This document shows positions 1 through 8,549 of a stretch of 64,000 bases of DNA, one piece after another. The translations under genes were made by a program, and so were the position numbers. Below the pieces are notes generated by a model. The model was not told the DNA's origin. It was given only the letters and a program-made list of their open reading frames with translations, and made no database searches. Positions within the stretch are counted from its first letter, which is position 1. Each line of letters begins with the position of its first letter. Origin of the DNA: Mucilaginibacter sp. (GTDB lineage Bacteria; Bacteroidota; Bacteroidia; Sphingobacteriales; Sphingobacteriaceae); the NCBI GenBank assembly GCA_028287975.1, contig JAQBOP010000011.1:649-64648 (forward strand), in the 5' to 3' direction.

Positions 1-848
1 GTTTCATTAAGGTGCCCAAAATCATAATAGTAATTTGCATTTCCGGTAAAGCCGGGTAAATTGTAATGACTTATAAAAGGGATGTTATTCTTTTTAGCAA
101 GGCTATCAGGGATATCCAGTATATGGTTTTTTTCGACCGCGTAAAAAGGCGAAAACAAGAAGATCAACTGAATGTGTTTTTCTTTACATTTATCAATAAA
201 CGCCTGTAGGTAATGCACTTTTGCCGTATCGATTGGGAATGGAAATCTTTCTGGTGTGATCTTGAAGGTGGTATCTAATTTGCCATATAAGGGCTTAAAA
301 CCTTTATCTGCAGCAAATGAGCGTGCGCTTATATTGCCGGCAACCAGGTTTGCAAATTGGCTGTTGTAGCGATATAGCTCAGAAAGCTCGCTTTTATAAT
401 ATAAACCTGCCACTTTTAACATTTCATCACAACCCGGGCTTACATTAATATAAGGTGTAAGGCTACCCACGGTAGCCGTTTGCGAGAAAGGAGTTGCCAG
501 GTAATCTACCGGGTGAACTTCCAGGCAAATAGTTTTAGGCGTATATCTTGCCAGGATATTGCACAAAAACCCGTACTGAAAATAAATATTGCGCATCCCC
601 CATAAACCAGCGTTATACACACCAGTTTTTAGCGTATCCTGAATTACAGATGGCACATAGTGGTGATGGCATCTCGAGCTTCCCATAAAAACTACGGGAT
701 CATTCATCCTGTATGTTACCGCGTTTAATTTATATTCGTCTGTAGTAGTGGTGGTTTTAAATAACGCTTTCACCACAACAGAAAAAGCACGGTCGGCAAC
801 CAGCGTGATAATGATAATGATTAGAACCCTCGTTAAAAACTTTTTCAT
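1..848 (-). CDS. SGNH-like membrane-anchored acyltransferase (DltD/AlgJ-like), runs off left edge
   Basis: Not in ORF track (no stop in window). ATG at 848 reads MKKFLTRVLIIIIITLVADRAFS (TM anchor), then VFMGSSR (block I Ser), YNAG, and YYYDFGHLN (DxxH). Starts 5 nt after the MBOAT stop. Confidence 0.8.
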   Translation of the reverse strand, partial: MKKFLTRVLIIIIITLVADRAFSVVVKALFKTTTTTDEYKLNAVTYRMNDPVVFMGSSRCHHHYVPSVIQDTLKTGVYNAGLWGMRNIYFQYGFLCNILARYTPKTICLEVHPVDYLATPFSQTATVGSLTPYINVSPGCDEMLKVAGLYYKSELSELYRYNSQFANLVAGNISARSFAADKGFKPLYGKLDTTFKITPERFPFPIDTAKVHYLQAFIDKCKEKHIQLIFLFSPFYAVEKNHILDIPDSLAKKNNIPFISHYNLPGFTGNANYYYDFGHLNE

Positions 849-853
849 CCCGG

Positions 854-2308
854 TTAAAATTTAAAATAGATGAACTGATTTCCGTCAAGCACGCCGAAAA
901 ATAGAATTAATACAATATATCCGGCCACCGTTAACTCAAAACGGTAACGGTTGATAATACCGGTGGAAAACGCATGCCTATCCGGCCAGTACTCGTCCCA
1001 GAAATCTTTACAAAACATAATGACCATACAAAGCAGGCCGTTTATTAATGTCTTATAATCAACAAATAAGCCGCCCCACTCGGTAGCTATTTTCTTCATC
1101 ACCATCCCGGCTTCGGCAAGGCTAGTTGATCTGAATAATATCAATCCAAATGAAACCAAAAGGAAGGTCCAGATCATTTTTAAAACGACATTAAATGGCG
1201 GTAAGCCGCTCTTGGTCTTTTTTACTTTGTTCTTCTTGAAAAACGCGCCCGACAACATCAGCGGAACGTATAATAAACCGTGATACAAACCAAATAAGGC
1301 AAAGGTCCATGCCGCGCCATGCCACATACCTATCAATATAAAGGTGATGATGATGGCAAATATCGAGCCCCATTTTTCCATGTTCCTGAAACTAACGTTC
1401 AGGGGCATAAACACGTAATCTGTTAACCAGCCTGTGAGCGAAATATGCCATTTGCGCCAATATTCTGCAATATTTTGCGAAAAAAACGGACGTTTAAAGT
1501 TTTCGGTGATTTTGATGCCAAGCAGGTAGCCAACGCCTATGGCCATTTCAGAATAGCCCGCAAAATCAGCATACATCTGGATAGGATAAAGCAATGTGGC
1601 AAAACCCAGGGAAACACCGTTGTGATGTATGGCATTGCCAAAAACAGCATCGCCGTAAATAGATAACCTGTCGGCAACACACATTTTCATAAACATGCCC
1701 CAAAAGATCCGCTTTAAGCCAATCGATGCCAGATCGTAATCGAACGTGCGACCTTTCGACAGCTGTCCAAGGAAAGGTTTAGGTCGGTCAATAGGCCCGG
1801 AAAGGATAGTCGGGAAGAACGCGATATAAGTAGCAAAATCTACAAAACTGCGGCATGGCTCCATGTTTTCACGGTGCACCTCAATTACGTAGCTTATCAG
1901 CTTAAATGTGAAGAAACTGATACCGATAGGCATCAAAATACTAAACAGGCTCCAATGGGTTTGCAGGCCTATCGCGTTAAAAAAGTCGCTGAATGACTGG
2001 ATAAAAAAGTTAAGGTATTTAAAATACAACAGCAGCCCTAAGCCGGCAACTACGCCCAACGTGGTAAACAGCGAAGCTTTTTTTTTATTGTTTTCGTTGT
2101 TGTTGCCTATGGCTATGCCTAAACCGTAAAAAACAACCGTGGCTGTAAGCAGCAACGGGATCATTTTCCACTCGGCAAAGCCGTAAAAGAAATAACTGGC
2201 TAAAAGCAGCCAAACATTTTGCGCTTTGGCTTCACCGCTTAAAAGGAAATAGTATACAACAAAAACTACTAAGAAAAATATTAAAAAGTTGATAGAGTTT
2301 ACGACCAT
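854..2308 (-). CDS. MBOAT family O-acyltransferase (AlgI/DltB-like)
   Basis: Multi-TM; PIGISFFTFKLISY, FFPTILSGPIDR, YADFAGYS, ENFKRPF, YWRKWHISL, catalytic GMWHG; C-terminal FIYFKF. Confidence 0.93.
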   Translation of the reverse strand: MVVNSINFLIFFLVVFVVYYFLLSGEAKAQNVWLLLASYFFYGFAEWKMIPLLLTATVVFYGLGIAIGNNNENNKKKASLFTTLGVVAGLGLLLYFKYLNFFIQSFSDFFNAIGLQTHWSLFSILMPIGISFFTFKLISYVIEVHRENMEPCRSFVDFATYIAFFPTILSGPIDRPKPFLGQLSKGRTFDYDLASIGLKRIFWGMFMKMCVADRLSIYGDAVFGNAIHHNGVSLGFATLLYPIQMYADFAGYSEMAIGVGYLLGIKITENFKRPFFSQNIAEYWRKWHISLTGWLTDYVFMPLNVSFRNMEKWGSIFAIIITFILIGMWHGAAWTFALFGLYHGLLYVPLMLSGAFFKKNKVKKTKSGLPPFNVVLKMIWTFLLVSFGLILFRSTSLAEAGMVMKKIATEWGGLFVDYKTLINGLLCMVIMFCKDFWDEYWPDRHAFSTGIINRYRFELTVAGYIVLILFFGVLDGNQFIYFKF

Positions 2309-2310
2309 TA

Positions 2311-2718
2311 TTAATCTTTGTTTACCAGTTCTATAAAACCGACTTCCTTTTTATAAAGATAACAAATCAGCTTGTTATCCAAAGCGATAGCTTCTACAGG
2401 ACGAAAAAGTGGGATATACCCTTGTACGTCAACCAGCTCATCAACTGTTGCGTTTATGTCGTCAACTTCGTAACATACGTGATAAGGCGCTACGCCGTTT
2501 TTCTTTAAGATTTTATTTACCGACGATTGCTCATCAATAGGCTCGATAAGCTCTACCCGCGGCATGCCGTCTTTTGTTAAAAAGCAGATCTTTACGCGCT
2601 GGATCTCGTCGTCAATTGTTGGGGTAGCCTGGTAACCTGCCTGCACATACGGGGCAGATGTATTGGCTATACTATCAGTTACATAGCCAATGTGATGAAA
2701 TCTGAAAGTACTGAGCAC
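2311..2718 (-). CDS. VOC family protein, methylmalonyl-CoA epimerase-like
   Basis: FHHIG...VELIEP...YHVCYEVDDI...IELV metal-ligand pattern; GTG start overlaps the ACP stop by 1 nt. Confidence 0.85.
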   Translation of the reverse strand: MLSTFRFHHIGYVTDSIANTSAPYVQAGYQATPTIDDEIQRVKICFLTKDGMPRVELIEPIDEQSSVNKILKKNGVAPYHVCYEVDDINATVDELVDVQGYIPLFRPVEAIALDNKLICYLYKKEVGFIELVNKD

Positions 2719-2957
2719 TATAATTTACTTGATATAGATCCGATCATTTCTGAAACATTGCTCCATGAAAGGATCTCCTTTGATGTAAACTTTATTTTGA
2801 ACGCTTTTTCAATAGCTACAATTAACTGGATATGTGACAGTGAATCCCAATCTTCTACATCATCAGCACTGGTTTGCGGGGTTAATACAATATCGTCGTT
2901 ATCCAATACGTCACGAAAAATATCCTGTACTTTAGCTAAAATTTCAGTTTGTTCCAT
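2718..2957 (-). CDS. Acyl carrier protein
   Basis: 79 aa, acidic, WDSLSHI phosphopantetheine-attachment motif. Confidence 0.92.
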   Translation of the reverse strand: MEQTEILAKVQDIFRDVLDNDDIVLTPQTSADDVEDWDSLSHIQLIVAIEKAFKIKFTSKEILSWSNVSEMIGSISSKL

Positions 2958-2971
2958 TATTAATTGTTTTT

Positions 2972-4696
2972 TTATTTGTTTTCGATATAAAATTCTCTGT
3001 CTTCATGGGCGCCTATTTCCAGCTCAAACCGCAACGGTTCTGAACCTTCAATAGTACTGAACCCAAGTTTAGGGAAGTGGTCGGCTACCATGTTGTTTTT
3101 TGCTGTCGGCAAGTATTCGCCTATAATGCGTTGAAAGCCATGCTCTTTCGCGTAGTTAACAATGGTGCTCAGCGTGAAATCTTCCATCCCGCGTTTTAAC
3201 ACCCTGCAGCTCATAAACCAGGTATCAACAAAAAGCGTTGACGCGTCAAGTTTCTTTAAAATGATCACGCAGATCAATCCATGGTCGCCAAATTTATCAG
3301 CAAGCGTAAACGAAAAGTTTACGTATTGCTCATCACTTTCTAATGCTTCAATTTCTGCTTCAGTGTAACGTACTGTACGCAGGTTAAATTGGTTACTACG
3401 CTGTGATAGCTGTGCCACACGCACGGTGTTGAAAGAATCAAAACCTTTTACTTCTGATACCATGTTCAATGATTTCAGGAAATCAGCTTCGTTGGTAAAG
3501 CTCTGCATTAAAGAAACGCGCTTGCTTTCTACCTGGTACTGTGCGGTACGTTCTGCATCAGCATTAGAGTATGAAGCGGTTTCAAAAAGATTTAATGAAT
3601 AAAGATATTCCAGGTATTCACCCGGATCTTCCGGCAACTCAGGCACGGTAACTTCGGGTACGTTTTCTCTTACTATGTTACGCTCGAAAGGGTTATCATC
3701 CAGGAACACCATCGAGTCGAACCCAATATTTAAGATGCTTTGTATAAAGCGGATATTATCGGCTTTGTTGTTCCAGTTGGCTACAAAAACGGCAATGTCT
3801 TCTATTTTCAAAACCATCTCGGGGTTCTTTTCAAACGGAGCCCTTGCTTTGTCTTCGTCGTTCTTGCTGCAAACAGCTATGATGATACCGCGATTCTTCA
3901 GGTTTTTAACCCATTGCTGGAACTCTGTAAAAGCTTTACCTATGCCCAGTCCGTGACCTACCTGGATATTCTCCCAACCATCATCGCCCACAATGCCGCC
4001 CCAAGTGGTATTGTCCAGATCAAGGATCAGGCATTTCTTGAATTTACCTTCAAGCGCGCAAATAATGTCCAGCGTGCGAGATGCCACATAAGGCAAAATG
4101 TCAAGGCTCAGCACCATTTCTGTACTGATATAAATATGGCTGTTGAATGTGATGTTACGGCCGAATTTATTTTGCAAACCGGCTATATCGCAGATAAAGA
4201 AGTTTGCATTTTCCTGCGCAACCTTCATCAATTCATAATTAAGCTTGCGCAACTGGAAAGTAAATGACGACTGAACCTTAGTAGCGTAACTCCCAAAAAC
4301 GGTATCTTCTATTTCAGGATAGTTATAATAAATAATACGTCCCTTAACGGTATTACACATCATCCGCACAAAATCCAGGCGCTCATCTGCCAAACCTATT
4401 TGGTCTAAGGGCGATGTGTGACTATACTTTTCTAACAGTTTGTGGGTTGATTGAAAAACGATGGTATAATCGGCACCAAATTCATGCAGATCTGATGTTG
4501 GGTCCATTACCTGGCGCTCAACCTGGTTAAACTCAGCCTCAAATAAGTCGATATTATATTTTCGCTCATAGCCCATCCCTTTAAGAGAAACTGCTAAAAA
4601 CTGGGTAGCCACATCGCCTAAAAGAGCTACCTTCCGGGTTGGAAGTGATGAATGCTCTTTTTTTAAATTTTGTTTAAGTTCTTTAAAAGATATCAT
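2972..4696 (-). CDS. fkbH: FkbH-like HAD-IIIC glyceryl transferase/phosphatase
   Basis: LILDLDNTTWGG (HAD motif I), CSKN, FLDDNPFER, RSNQFNLRT, MSCRVLKRGME. The ATG at 4696 (MISFKELK) is a more likely start than 4747. Confidence 0.9.
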   Translation of the reverse strand: MISFKELKQNLKKEHSSLPTRKVALLGDVATQFLAVSLKGMGYERKYNIDLFEAEFNQVERQVMDPTSDLHEFGADYTIVFQSTHKLLEKYSHTSPLDQIGLADERLDFVRMMCNTVKGRIIYYNYPEIEDTVFGSYATKVQSSFTFQLRKLNYELMKVAQENANFFICDIAGLQNKFGRNITFNSHIYISTEMVLSLDILPYVASRTLDIICALEGKFKKCLILDLDNTTWGGIVGDDGWENIQVGHGLGIGKAFTEFQQWVKNLKNRGIIIAVCSKNDEDKARAPFEKNPEMVLKIEDIAVFVANWNNKADNIRFIQSILNIGFDSMVFLDDNPFERNIVRENVPEVTVPELPEDPGEYLEYLYSLNLFETASYSNADAERTAQYQVESKRVSLMQSFTNEADFLKSLNMVSEVKGFDSFNTVRVAQLSQRSNQFNLRTVRYTEAEIEALESDEQYVNFSFTLADKFGDHGLICVIILKKLDASTLFVDTWFMSCRVLKRGMEDFTLSTIVNYAKEHGFQRIIGEYLPTAKNNMVADHFPKLGFSTIEGSEPLRFELEIGAHEDREFYIENK

Positions 4697-4833
4697 ATCA
4701 TTTGTTGATGCGGTACAAAAGTGTAGCATAAACAGCTTAACTTTCAAATTTACAGCACGTAAACGTAATAAATTTTTGCGAAAATAGCCATTTTTTCTCT
4801 ACAGAATAAGGAATATAATAGCCTAATAGTTAA

Positions 4834-5055
4834 TTAAGAATAAGTTAACCTTGCGCAAGCTCCGGAACGAATTATCAGGCCAAATGTATCACTGCATATA
4901 ACGCGGCTGATGAAAATAGCGATCCATAATATTATCCCCTGCAGTAAAGGTCTGAATCCGACAGCTGCCAGCACCGTCCTTGATAACCCGGCACCGATCA
5001 GGAAGAGGGTCAAGGTTAATCCGGCTTTAGCTATCGTTTGATCTTTATTGATCAT
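4834..5055 (-). pseudogene. C-terminal remnant of a YeiH-family (putative sulfate exporter) membrane protein
   Basis: AKAGLTLTLFLIGAGLS...VGFRPLLQGIILW matches the last TM helices of YeiH; the upstream bulk of the gene is absent. Confidence 0.6.
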
Positions 5056-5062
5056 TTAAAAT

Positions 5063-5105
5063 TAAAACAAAAGCGGCTTTCAATCTGAAAGCCGCTTTTG
5101 TTTTA
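5063..5105 (-). terminator. Intrinsic terminator
   Basis: AAAACAAAAGCGGCTTTC-aatct-GAAAGCCGCTTTTGTTTT perfect inverted repeat at the stop of the 5103-5918 gene. Confidence 0.8.
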
Positions 5106-5918
5106 AATCTCGGTTTTATGATTGATCTCTTTTACGATCTCATCTAACTTTTGCGTAGTGACAATGATGTTATTAACCACAATTATGTTCTCTTTATCTT
5201 TAGGGTTATCATGATTAAACAGCTGCCCCAAACCAAGCAGGGTAGCTACCTGCGCCCTAACCTTATGCGATTGGATCCAGGCAATATCCCTTAAACGGCC
5301 GTTTTGTACCTTAACTTTTTCGACCTGGTTATTGATCAGTAAAAACGAGAATAATGTAATTACCGACGCGGAAAGAATCAGCGTAATGATCCAATAGTGC
5401 AAACGCTCAAGCGACAATTGCGCGGTTTTTATGTCATCAATTGATTGCCCTTGTAAATTGACTATCTCAGTATCAAAAAAGCTTTGTATGGCTATAATGT
5501 TCTTGATATGCTTATCCCGGTCTGCATAGGTTTGTGTATTATTTGAATCCACTTTTAACAGCCAGTCTTCTTCCGCATTTATTTGCTTTGCAAGGATATC
5601 CAGCTTCATCCCTTCAGTATTACTTACCAACCTTTTAAGCCGGCGCATATCAAAACTGATCTCCCAAAGCCCTTTTCCATAGGTTTCAACATAGGCTTGA
5701 GAAGGGCTGTTTTTATAAGTAGAAATATAGATTACCGCGTTTTTAAAATCGTTTGAGACTTTTTGATGTTCGCTGATAAGTGTGGTGGTTTTAATAACAT
5801 CGTTATTAGATTTGATCAGCAGGGTATAGTTTTTTTGCGTAAGGTAGATAATTGCTACCAGCAAACCGATGATGACCGTGCCTAAAAACAGGTTAGTATT
5901 GCCTTTGTTTCTTTCCAT
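5103..5918 (-). CDS. Two-TM sensor-like protein with HisKA-like helix but no HATPase domain
   Basis: TM, helical periplasmic region, TM, then IAWIQSHKVRAQVATLLGL (H-box-like); ends about 55 aa after the His. Confidence 0.65.
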   Translation of the reverse strand: MERNKGNTNLFLGTVIIGLLVAIIYLTQKNYTLLIKSNNDVIKTTTLISEHQKVSNDFKNAVIYISTYKNSPSQAYVETYGKGLWEISFDMRRLKRLVSNTEGMKLDILAKQINAEEDWLLKVDSNNTQTYADRDKHIKNIIAIQSFFDTEIVNLQGQSIDDIKTAQLSLERLHYWIITLILSASVITLFSFLLINNQVEKVKVQNGRLRDIAWIQSHKVRAQVATLLGLGQLFNHDNPKDKENIIVVNNIIVTTQKLDEIVKEINHKTEI

Positions 5919-6232
5919 CTCAAATAATTAGGGGTCTAAACGTAGTTAAAAAATTGATCCTTGCTAAATATGTTCTTAGTGACTCCTACCGGATGACTTT
6001 ACAGAACAATAACAAAACCATTTTGGTTTTATAACGTCCTAATTTTAAATATCATATGACAAATAACAAATCATTACGCGATTTTAAGGCAACCTTGATA
6101 AATTTTTTACACAGACGTGTGAAAATATAACAGGGAGTTAATTACGATGTCGCATCAATTAAAAAACGACACCTGAAGGCCTTTGAAAAAAACCAGACAG
6201 TTTTTTCTTTAGAAATTCAAAAACGGGTTATG

Positions 6233-7003
6233 CTATTTAATTCCGTGGGGTAGAGTACTTACAGATGTCCATCCACCGTCAACCACCAGGCTTTGCCCGG
6301 TAATGTGTTTGGCTTTATCAGATACCAGGAATAAGGCGGTATCGGCAATGTCGCTTACGTAAGCTGGGCGGCCCATTGGTGTTATTTCAGACCATACGCG
6401 TTCGTAATTCTCTTCTTCGGTGGTACGCTCAGTCAGCGTAGCGCCGGGGGCAATGGTGTTTACATTTATTTTATAAGGAGATAGCTCGATAACCAGGTTT
6501 TTGGCCAGCATTTCAATAGCCGCTTTGGTCATGGCATAAGCGGCAAGGCTTTTAAGTGCCTGGTGCCCTACTACCGATGATGTAAACAGGATTGTGCCGC
6601 CGCCTTCCTGCAACTTCATTTTGTTTGATGCCGCCTGCGCCAGGAAAAAGGACCCGCCAAGGTTAACATGCAGTACTTTAAAAAATGCTTCAGGCGGGTA
6701 AGTGTCAAAATCGCCAAACAGGGTAATGCCGGCGTTGGCGATCACGATATCCAGATGGCCGTACAGGCCAACGGCCGTATCAACCATTTTATTGATAAAT
6801 GTAATTTCGCTGGCGTCACCCGGGAAAGCAATACACGATTCATTATCTTCAGTATTGATCTTAGCCACCGCTTCTTCGGCTAAATTACTGTCAACGTCAT
6901 TCAATAATACCGTGGCGCCATTAGCAACCAGCAATTTGCATATTTCAAAGCCAATACCCTGGCCTGCACCGGTAACGATAGCTACCTTGTTTTTAAAATC
7001 CAT
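6233..7003 (-). CDS. Short-chain dehydrogenase/reductase
   Basis: TGAGQGIG, IANAG, YAMTK, ITGQSLVVDGG. Confidence 0.92.
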   Translation of the reverse strand: MDFKNKVAIVTGAGQGIGFEICKLLVANGATVLLNDVDSNLAEEAVAKINTEDNESCIAFPGDASEITFINKMVDTAVGLYGHLDIVIANAGITLFGDFDTYPPEAFFKVLHVNLGGSFFLAQAASNKMKLQEGGGTILFTSSVVGHQALKSLAAYAMTKAAIEMLAKNLVIELSPYKINVNTIAPGATLTERTTEEENYERVWSEITPMGRPAYVSDIADTALFLVSDKAKHITGQSLVVDGGWTSVSTLPHGIK

Positions 7004-7047
7004 GCGCTAATTTGCATATTTGATACGCTGTTTGCAAGCGCTAATTT

Positions 7048-8382
7048 TTAGAACGATTCATTTAAATTAAGAAAGAACCCTTTGTTGCCAAATCTGCCGA
7101 AGGCATAATCTAAAGCAAGGTTTGTGCGGGTAGCTTTGTTAAATAATACCCGTAAGCCTGCGCCATAGCCGGGTTGAAATACCTGGAAAAGTTTGGTCCC
7201 ATGCTCGTCATTAGCGGTTTGTAAACTTCCAAAAGCAACACCGCTTAAAAATTTATTGGCAGTGATTGGGAAGCGAAACTCTGCTTCAGTATCATTAAAC
7301 TGTGTACCTTTAAAGTATTGCGATGTATAACCGCGCCCGCTCCTGAAAGAGCCATCCCTGGCAGTGCCCGGTAATTCAAGGTAAGGAATATCGCCGCTTA
7401 CTAAATAAGATCCCCAGTTCCAGAATGCCAATACCGTTTCAGGATTTATGTCAGACAAGCTCACATATTTCCTTAAATCGGTAGTAACCTGAACTGAATT
7501 TTTTGTACTGCCTACCCACGTCTGATTTACCCGGATGCCGGCATCGAAATAAACACCTTTATAGGCGCGGTTGGGGTTATCGCGGGTAGTGTAAGCTACA
7601 TTAAACAGAAAACCGTCTGCCGCGTAATGGTTTTGCGGGAACCCGTGCTCATTGTTATAAACGCTTGAAGGTGTAGCGTTATTGGTAGTGTCTTTAACAG
7701 AGATACTGTTACGTATTTCGAATGACATACCCGCGCCTACAAACAGGTTTTTCGCTACCTCTTTATAAACTTTTTCTCTAAAATTATAGTACAACGAATG
7801 GATGGCATAAACTTTACGCGCCGGGTCGGTCAGTACTTTATCCGCAGCGCTGCCACCGGTTATACTGCGGCCTATACCTAACCCATAATCGGGTGTTACG
7901 GTTTTTGCAGCTACGAGATTACCCTGGAAATTCCACCTATTACCGGGAGTAAATATATTGTGATTAAGATAAAAGTAAATGATCCCCTTGCTGGTAATAG
8001 ATGCCGATGTAGCAGCAACTGAAAGTAAAGTATTTGGGTCGTTACCCAGTTTTCTGCCGGCTACCGCTTTTATACCTAATTGCGCGCCTATTGTGGGGTT
8101 AGCGGCAATGTTAGGCACAATTGTAATGCCCGAGCTTTTATGCAAAGTATCTGCTTCTTTTTTTGGGTGCAAAATATTGCGGGTAAGGTCGCCAAAATCA
8201 TATTGCTTGTTGATGTTTTCTTTAACAGGCGAGCTTTGCTTTTTTTTGATGCGTAATGAATCCGCTTTTAAAGAGTCAGTCGGAACAGTCTGGCCGTATA
8301 CCAAACTTTGTATACCAATAAACAGGAATAGTAGCAGACATTTAATCAATGAGGGCTTTATATATGGGATGTTAAATTGCAT
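7048..8382 (-). CDS. BamA/TamA (Omp85) family outer-membrane beta-barrel without POTRA domains
   Basis: Signal peptide, DNPNRAYKG, SGRGY (loop-6 RGY-like), GYGAGLR, C-terminal FLNLNESF. Confidence 0.75.
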   Translation of the reverse strand: MQFNIPYIKPSLIKCLLLFLFIGIQSLVYGQTVPTDSLKADSLRIKKKQSSPVKENINKQYDFGDLTRNILHPKKEADTLHKSSGITIVPNIAANPTIGAQLGIKAVAGRKLGNDPNTLLSVAATSASITSKGIIYFYLNHNIFTPGNRWNFQGNLVAAKTVTPDYGLGIGRSITGGSAADKVLTDPARKVYAIHSLYYNFREKVYKEVAKNLFVGAGMSFEIRNSISVKDTTNNATPSSVYNNEHGFPQNHYAADGFLFNVAYTTRDNPNRAYKGVYFDAGIRVNQTWVGSTKNSVQVTTDLRKYVSLSDINPETVLAFWNWGSYLVSGDIPYLELPGTARDGSFRSGRGYTSQYFKGTQFNDTEAEFRFPITANKFLSGVAFGSLQTANDEHGTKLFQVFQPGYGAGLRVLFNKATRTNLALDYAFGRFGNKGFFLNLNESF

Positions 8383-8502
8383 TATTATTTATAACCTTAA
8401 ATTTTGTTACCGGGCCATATAGCCGGTACATCTTTAACCAAAAAATAAGTTAAATGTTTAAACTTAAGTTTAACCGTGGGTCTTTGCCAAGCTGTAATAA
8501 AG

Positions 8503-8540
8503 AAACAAAACCCCGAACTGCATTATCCGGGGTTTGTTTT
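8503..8540 (-). terminator. Intrinsic terminator
   Basis: AAACAAAACCCCG...CGGGGTTTGTTT just after the dehydrogenase stop. Confidence 0.65.
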
Positions 8541-8549
8541 AAAGAGACT

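Noticed and set aside
2718-4696. FkbH + ACP as part of a PKS/NRPS (methoxymalonyl or tetronate) cluster
   Set aside because: No KS, A/C domains, acyl-ACP dehydrogenases or FabH-like gene nearby; the linked genes are MBOAT and SGNH.
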